Shown piece after piece: positions 34,817 to 37,908 of a stretch of DNA of 37,908 nucleotides; position 1 is the first letter of the stretch, and the number at the start of each line of letters is the position of its first letter. A program made the position numbers and the translations under genes. The notes under the pieces are model-generated. The model was not told where the DNA came from. It searched no databases and saw only the letters and a list, made by a program, of their open reading frames with translations. The DNA is from Gemmatimonadales bacterium (GTDB taxonomy: Bacteria > Gemmatimonadota > Gemmatimonadetes > Gemmatimonadales > GWC2-71-9). The stretch spans positions 1-37,908 of the forward strand of contig DATHRW010000270.1 in assembly GCA_035464955.1 (NCBI GenBank), read 5' to 3'.

Positions 34817-36662
34817 AGCGAGCCTCGCTTCGGAGGTACTCGTCGATGTTCCTGGCGAGCACGTCGAGCGGCACGTTGCCGCCGCGCACCACGGCATCGT
34901 CGAACGCCTTGAGGTCGAACGTCGCGCCGAGCGACGCCCTGGCCCGCTCGCGCTGGCGATTGATCTCGCTGTGGCCCACCTTGTAGCCGCAGGCCTGTCC
35001 CGGCCACGAGCAATACCGGTCCACCTCGCTGGCGACCTCTTCCGGGTTCGACCCGTTCACGTCCACGAAGTACCTGACGGCCTGCTCGCGGGTCCAGCGC
35101 TTCGCGTGAATGCCCGTGTCCACTACCAACCGGCAGGCTCGGAAGGCGATCGATTGCAGGTAGCCGAGGCGCCCGACGGGATCGTCGTCGTAGGCGCCGA
35201 GTTCATCGGCGAGCTGCTCGGCGTAGAGCGCCCAGCCTTCCGAGTAAGCGTTGAACGCGAGCATCTGACGGATGAGCGGCATCGCGTGGGTGTACTCGCC
35301 TTGCCAGATGTGACCGGGAATCGCCTCGTGGAAGGTCAAGTCCGCCAGGCTGTACTTGCTGTGCAGGGCAGTGGTCCTGAGGTTGATCCAGAATCGGCCG
35401 GGGATCGTTCCGTCGATCGACCCCGCGCCGCCGTACGCACCCGGAGCGCCCGGCTCTTCCTCGGGCGGCAGCCGCTTCACCTCCATGTGTGGATCGACCA
35501 CCGTGTCGAATGCGCGCGGCATCTGGGCCTCGATCCAGTCGAGCCGCTCCTCGATGAAGGCCATGATTTCGGCGCGGCCCTCGTCGCCTTCGGCGAACTG
35601 GTAGCGGGGATCCGTCGCCAGGCCCTTCATCCGTTCGCCCACGGAGCCCTGCGAGTAGCCGACGTGCTTCAGGAGCGTGTCCATCTGCGCGTGCAGGCGC
35701 TCGAGCTCGCTCTGGCCCAGCCGATGGACCTCGTCCGGTGACATGGAGGTGGTGGTCGAGGCCTTGAGCGCCCAGCGGTAGAAGTCCTCGCCGTGGGGCC
35801 GCGCCGCGATGCCGGCGTCGGTCGTCGCTACCGCGCGCTGTGTCTCGAGTTCGCGGATCTGCCGATCGAGCGCCGGCGCCACCTCCTGCACGGCGATCGT
35901 CCGCGCCCGGGCGGCCCAGTCCTCTGGAATGTCCTTCGACCGTCGCTTGATCGACTCGACGAGGATCCCGCCGTCGCGTGCGTTCGTCGCGGAGAGGCTC
36001 ATCTGCCGGACCGCCTTGTCGATCAGGAATGCCGGCGGGACGAGCCCCTGTTCACGCGCCGTCTGGATGCGACTCAGTTCGCCGTCCAGCTGCTTCGCGT
36101 ACGACTGCAGGCGCGCGAGATACGCCTCGGCGTCGGCGGCGCTCTCGATCCGATGATCGCTATCGAGGAACCGGGGGATGTCGAGATAGGCGCCGACATT
36201 CTGGATCACGACGTACGGCGTGTTGCGCCAGCCTCCGACGGTGATGTCGCCGTAGGGGAGCGCGAAGCCTTTGAGTGACGTCGCGTAAGCACTCCGCACC
36301 ACCTCGAAGCTGGTGCGCGTTGCGTATGACAGGGCGCTCGCGTCGAAGGCATTGAGTCGGGCCAGGTCTGTTCGGAGCCGTTCCGCGATCCGCTGCTGGC
36401 CGGCCGCGGACCGATCGGCCAGTTGGGAGCGGAGGGCGGCCCTCGCCCCGGTATCGATGCCGAGCGAGGTTGCCTGCTCCGGGACCAGGCGCAGGAGATT
36501 GTCCGCCACCTCGTCGAGCAGTGCCTGGGCGTCGACGTCGTTGGGCGTGGTCGGCCGCGCCGCGCCGCCACGGCTCATTGCGGGGATGAGTGGGATGGCG
36601 GCTACCGCGGATCCCAGGGCTGCGAGGACCTCTCGGCGGGTGAGGAATCGTCGGTGGGTCAT
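34815..36662 (-). CDS. DUF885-family protein (metallopeptidase-like), TAT-exported
   Basis: The ATG at 36662 gives the twin-arginine leader MTHRRFLTRREVLAALGSAVAAIPLI. DUF885 hallmark HEAIPGHIWQ. Length 615 aa. Confidence 0.8.
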   Translation of the reverse strand: MTHRRFLTRREVLAALGSAVAAIPLIPAMSRGGAARPTTPNDVDAQALLDEVADNLLRLVPEQATSLGIDTGARAALRSQLADRSAAGQQRIAERLRTDLARLNAFDASALSYATRTSFEVVRSAYATSLKGFALPYGDITVGGWRNTPYVVIQNVGAYLDIPRFLDSDHRIESAADAEAYLARLQSYAKQLDGELSRIQTAREQGLVPPAFLIDKAVRQMSLSATNARDGGILVESIKRRSKDIPEDWAARARTIAVQEVAPALDRQIRELETQRAVATTDAGIAARPHGEDFYRWALKASTTTSMSPDEVHRLGQSELERLHAQMDTLLKHVGYSQGSVGERMKGLATDPRYQFAEGDEGRAEIMAFIEERLDWIEAQMPRAFDTVVDPHMEVKRLPPEEEPGAPGAYGGAGSIDGTIPGRFWINLRTTALHSKYSLADLTFHEAIPGHIWQGEYTHAMPLIRQMLAFNAYSEGWALYAEQLADELGAYDDDPVGRLGYLQSIAFRACRLVVDTGIHAKRWTREQAVRYFVDVNGSNPEEVASEVDRYCSWPGQACGYKVGHSEINRQRERARASLGATFDLKAFDDAVVRGGNVPLDVLARNIDEYLRSEAR

Positions 36663-37028
36663 TGGCCACGGCTCCGGGTGAGAGACTCCCGATCGCATCT
36701 CGAATTCGATGCTGACGATTCGGCGGTGGATGGTAGGAGAAGGTCCGAGCGGAACCGTCCGAGGTCAAGGGGAGCCGCCGCCGCACCGGTCACGCAGCCC
36801 GTCGCGCATGTAGGCTGGTTTCTGGCGACGACTGAAGAAGCCAACGAAGACGAGCGTGACCACAATCTGCGCAAGAATGATCAACGCAATGAGCGTAGGC
36901 CGGTTCGCGAGCGCAGACTCAGGCACCGTGACCTGAGGCGATAGCAGGGATAGGTTGGCGACGTTGAACAGGACGATGAGTGTAAGAAGTGCCCTGCCGC
37001 CCTGGTAGACCCGCCCGCCTGTGCACTA

Positions 37029-37088
37029 AACAACGACTTCCATCAGACTGGTAAGGCCCGGGCCACTGCACGCGGTGGTTAGGCTGCC
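37029..37088. repeat. Repeat copy B: half-copy homologous to the right half of copy C, ending in GTTAGGCTGCC
   Basis: caacgacttcc (37031-37041) and ccactgcacgcgg (37063-37075) are identical to 37787-37797 and 37818-37830. It ends with GTTAGGC (37078-37084), abutting the mazF stop codon. Confidence 0.5.
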
Positions 37089-37421
37089 TTACGCTGCAAA
37101 CATCTCCTGCAGCACCGCGAGCGATTGGGTGACGGCCTTGGATGAAAGCTTGCCAAGGCGCCGGACCAGGCGACGAGTGTCGACGGTCCGGAGCTGGTCC
37201 AGCACGACAACGCCCGACCGCTTCTGAAAGCGACAGGGCACTCGAAATGGGTAGGGATGGCGGCCGGTCGTCATCGGGGCGACAATCACCGTCGTCAGGT
37301 GTTCGTTGAGTTCATTGGGCGATACGATCACGCACGGTCGTGTCTTCTTGATCTCGCGCCCGAGCGTTGGGTCGAGCGCGACCAGGAAGACGTCACCGCG
37401 CCGTGGCCATGCGGTCACCAC
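37089..37421 (-). CDS. mazF: MazF/PemK-family type II toxin (mRNA interferase)
   Basis: PRRGDVFLVALDPTLGREIKKTRPCVIVSPNELN...VIVAPMTTG...VVLDQLRTVD is the classic PemK/MazF pattern. The GTG start overlaps the antitoxin stop (GTGGTGA). Confidence 0.85.
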   Translation of the reverse strand: MVTAWPRRGDVFLVALDPTLGREIKKTRPCVIVSPNELNEHLTTVIVAPMTTGRHPYPFRVPCRFQKRSGVVVLDQLRTVDTRRLVRRLGKLSSKAVTQSLAVLQEMFAA

Positions 37422-37663
37422 TGCCAGTCCGTCTTGTCGAACTCAGTCGATACGAGCCCGTCGAGCACGCCCTCTCCCCCTCGTTGCCGAATCTCCTGTG
37501 CTGCTTCAGCCCATCCCGCCCGGGGCGCAGCCGAGGCGGCAAGGAGGATCCCCTCCGGCTCGAGGCGCAACTCGACCTCTTCGCCGAGTCCGGCCTGTTC
37601 CAGGAGGGGTTTCGGGATCCGGATACCCTGCGAGTTTCCGATACGGACGATGCGAGTTTTCAC
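37415..37663 (-). CDS. mazE: AbrB/MazE/SpoVT-type antitoxin
   Basis: MKTRIVRIGNSQGIRIPKPLLEQAGL is a swapped-hairpin AbrB-type DNA-binding N-terminus. GGAGG Shine-Dalgarno 8 nt upstream of the GTG. 7-nt overlap with the toxin gene. Confidence 0.8.
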   Translation of the reverse strand: MKTRIVRIGNSQGIRIPKPLLEQAGLGEEVELRLEPEGILLAASAAPRAGWAEAAQEIRQRGGEGVLDGLVSTEFDKTDWQW

Positions 37664-37669
37664 GGGTGA

Positions 37670-37710
37670 GCCTCCGCAATGGTAACCACAATGTAATTAC
37701 CTGCGGAGGC
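37670..37710. promoter_or_regulatory. Probable MazE/MazEF operator: 9-bp perfect inverted repeat spanning the -10 region and the Shine-Dalgarno
   Basis: gcctccgca (37670-37678) and tgcggaggc (37702-37710) are exact reverse complements. A nested near-palindrome ggtaac..attacc lies between them. Confidence 0.4.
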
Positions 37711-37718
37711 GTGTGCAA
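37690..37718 (-). promoter_or_regulatory. Sigma-70-like promoter for mazEF (TTGCAC - 17 nt - TACATT on the minus strand)
   Basis: The -35 TTGCAC is the reverse complement of 37713-37718. The -10 TACATT is the reverse complement of 37690-37695, with exact 17-nt spacing. It lies in a locally AT-rich island about 30 nt upstream of the antitoxin start. Confidence 0.4.
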
Positions 37719-37733
37719 GTAGGTGGAAGGGCA

Positions 37734-37839
37734 GCCTAACGAATTCCGCGTCAGCGGCGGGCCAGCCGGCCCGCCTCAGGCCAATCAACGACTTCCGCTG
37801 AAACCGCAAGGGCCCGGCCACTGCACGCGGCTGTAAGGC
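37734..37839. repeat. Repeat copy C: 106-nt imperfect palindrome with attC-like architecture
   Basis: The ends are GCCTAAC and GTAAGGC. The 18-nt arm (37746-37763) pairs with the 20-nt arm (37811-37830) with one mismatch and two bulged bases. It shares a 16-mer with copy A and about 50 nt with copy B. Confidence 0.5.
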
Positions 37840-37908
37840 AGCGCCGCACCTTATCTAGTGTGACACACCAGGTGTCTGATGAAGGTACGTGTCGTCAACA
37901 AGTTGCTT

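Noticed and set aside
37879-37908. Possible start of a + strand gene (ATG AAG GTA CGT GTC GTC AAC AAG TTG CTT), preceded by the small palindrome gacacaccaggtgtc
   Set aside because: Only 10 codons are visible before the window ends. That is not enough to call a gene or an operator.

Overview
GC-rich bacterial chromosomal segment with strong third-position GC bias, so nearly every real gene is shadowed by long spurious ORFs in other frames. I see no rRNA, tRNA, CRISPR array, transposase or integrase gene.

(1) 1-19.1 kb, + strand: a Sus-like alpha-glucan (starch/maltodextrin) utilisation locus. It holds a partial SusC-like TonB-dependent receptor, a SusD-like lipoprotein, three GH13 lipoprotein amylases, a TAT-exported GH2, GH77 MalQ, a GH97 alpha-glucosidase and two inner-membrane importers (SLC45-like MFS and an SSS symporter). 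One small lipoprotein gene sits on the opposite strand.

(2) 19.1-29.1 kb, - strand: a co-directional block. It holds a secreted alpha/beta hydrolase, an unusual CBM20-esterase-GH13 three-domain fusion, NhaA, small membrane proteins, DoxX, a GNAT, a GH53 galactanase, a PF00756-type esterase and a VOC-fold protein.

(3) 29.3-31.5 kb: a 560-aa protein of unknown function, convergent with a second GNAT.

(4) 31.6-37.9 kb, - strand: small membrane ORFs, an M1 and a DUF885 metallopeptidase, and a MazEF-type toxin-antitoxin pair.

The most interesting signal is non-coding. Most intergenic gaps in part (4) carry a member of a related family of imperfect-palindromic repeats. The best copy has integron attC-like architecture. 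The TA module is bracketed by an 11-bp perfect inverted repeat containing the integron core-site consensus (GTTRRRY / RYYYAAC). That suggests an integrase-less cassette array or a new REP/MITE-like element family. This interpretation is inference and needs a covariance-model search.

Taxonomy is also only inference: the combination fits a high-GC member of the FCB group such as Gemmatimonadota.
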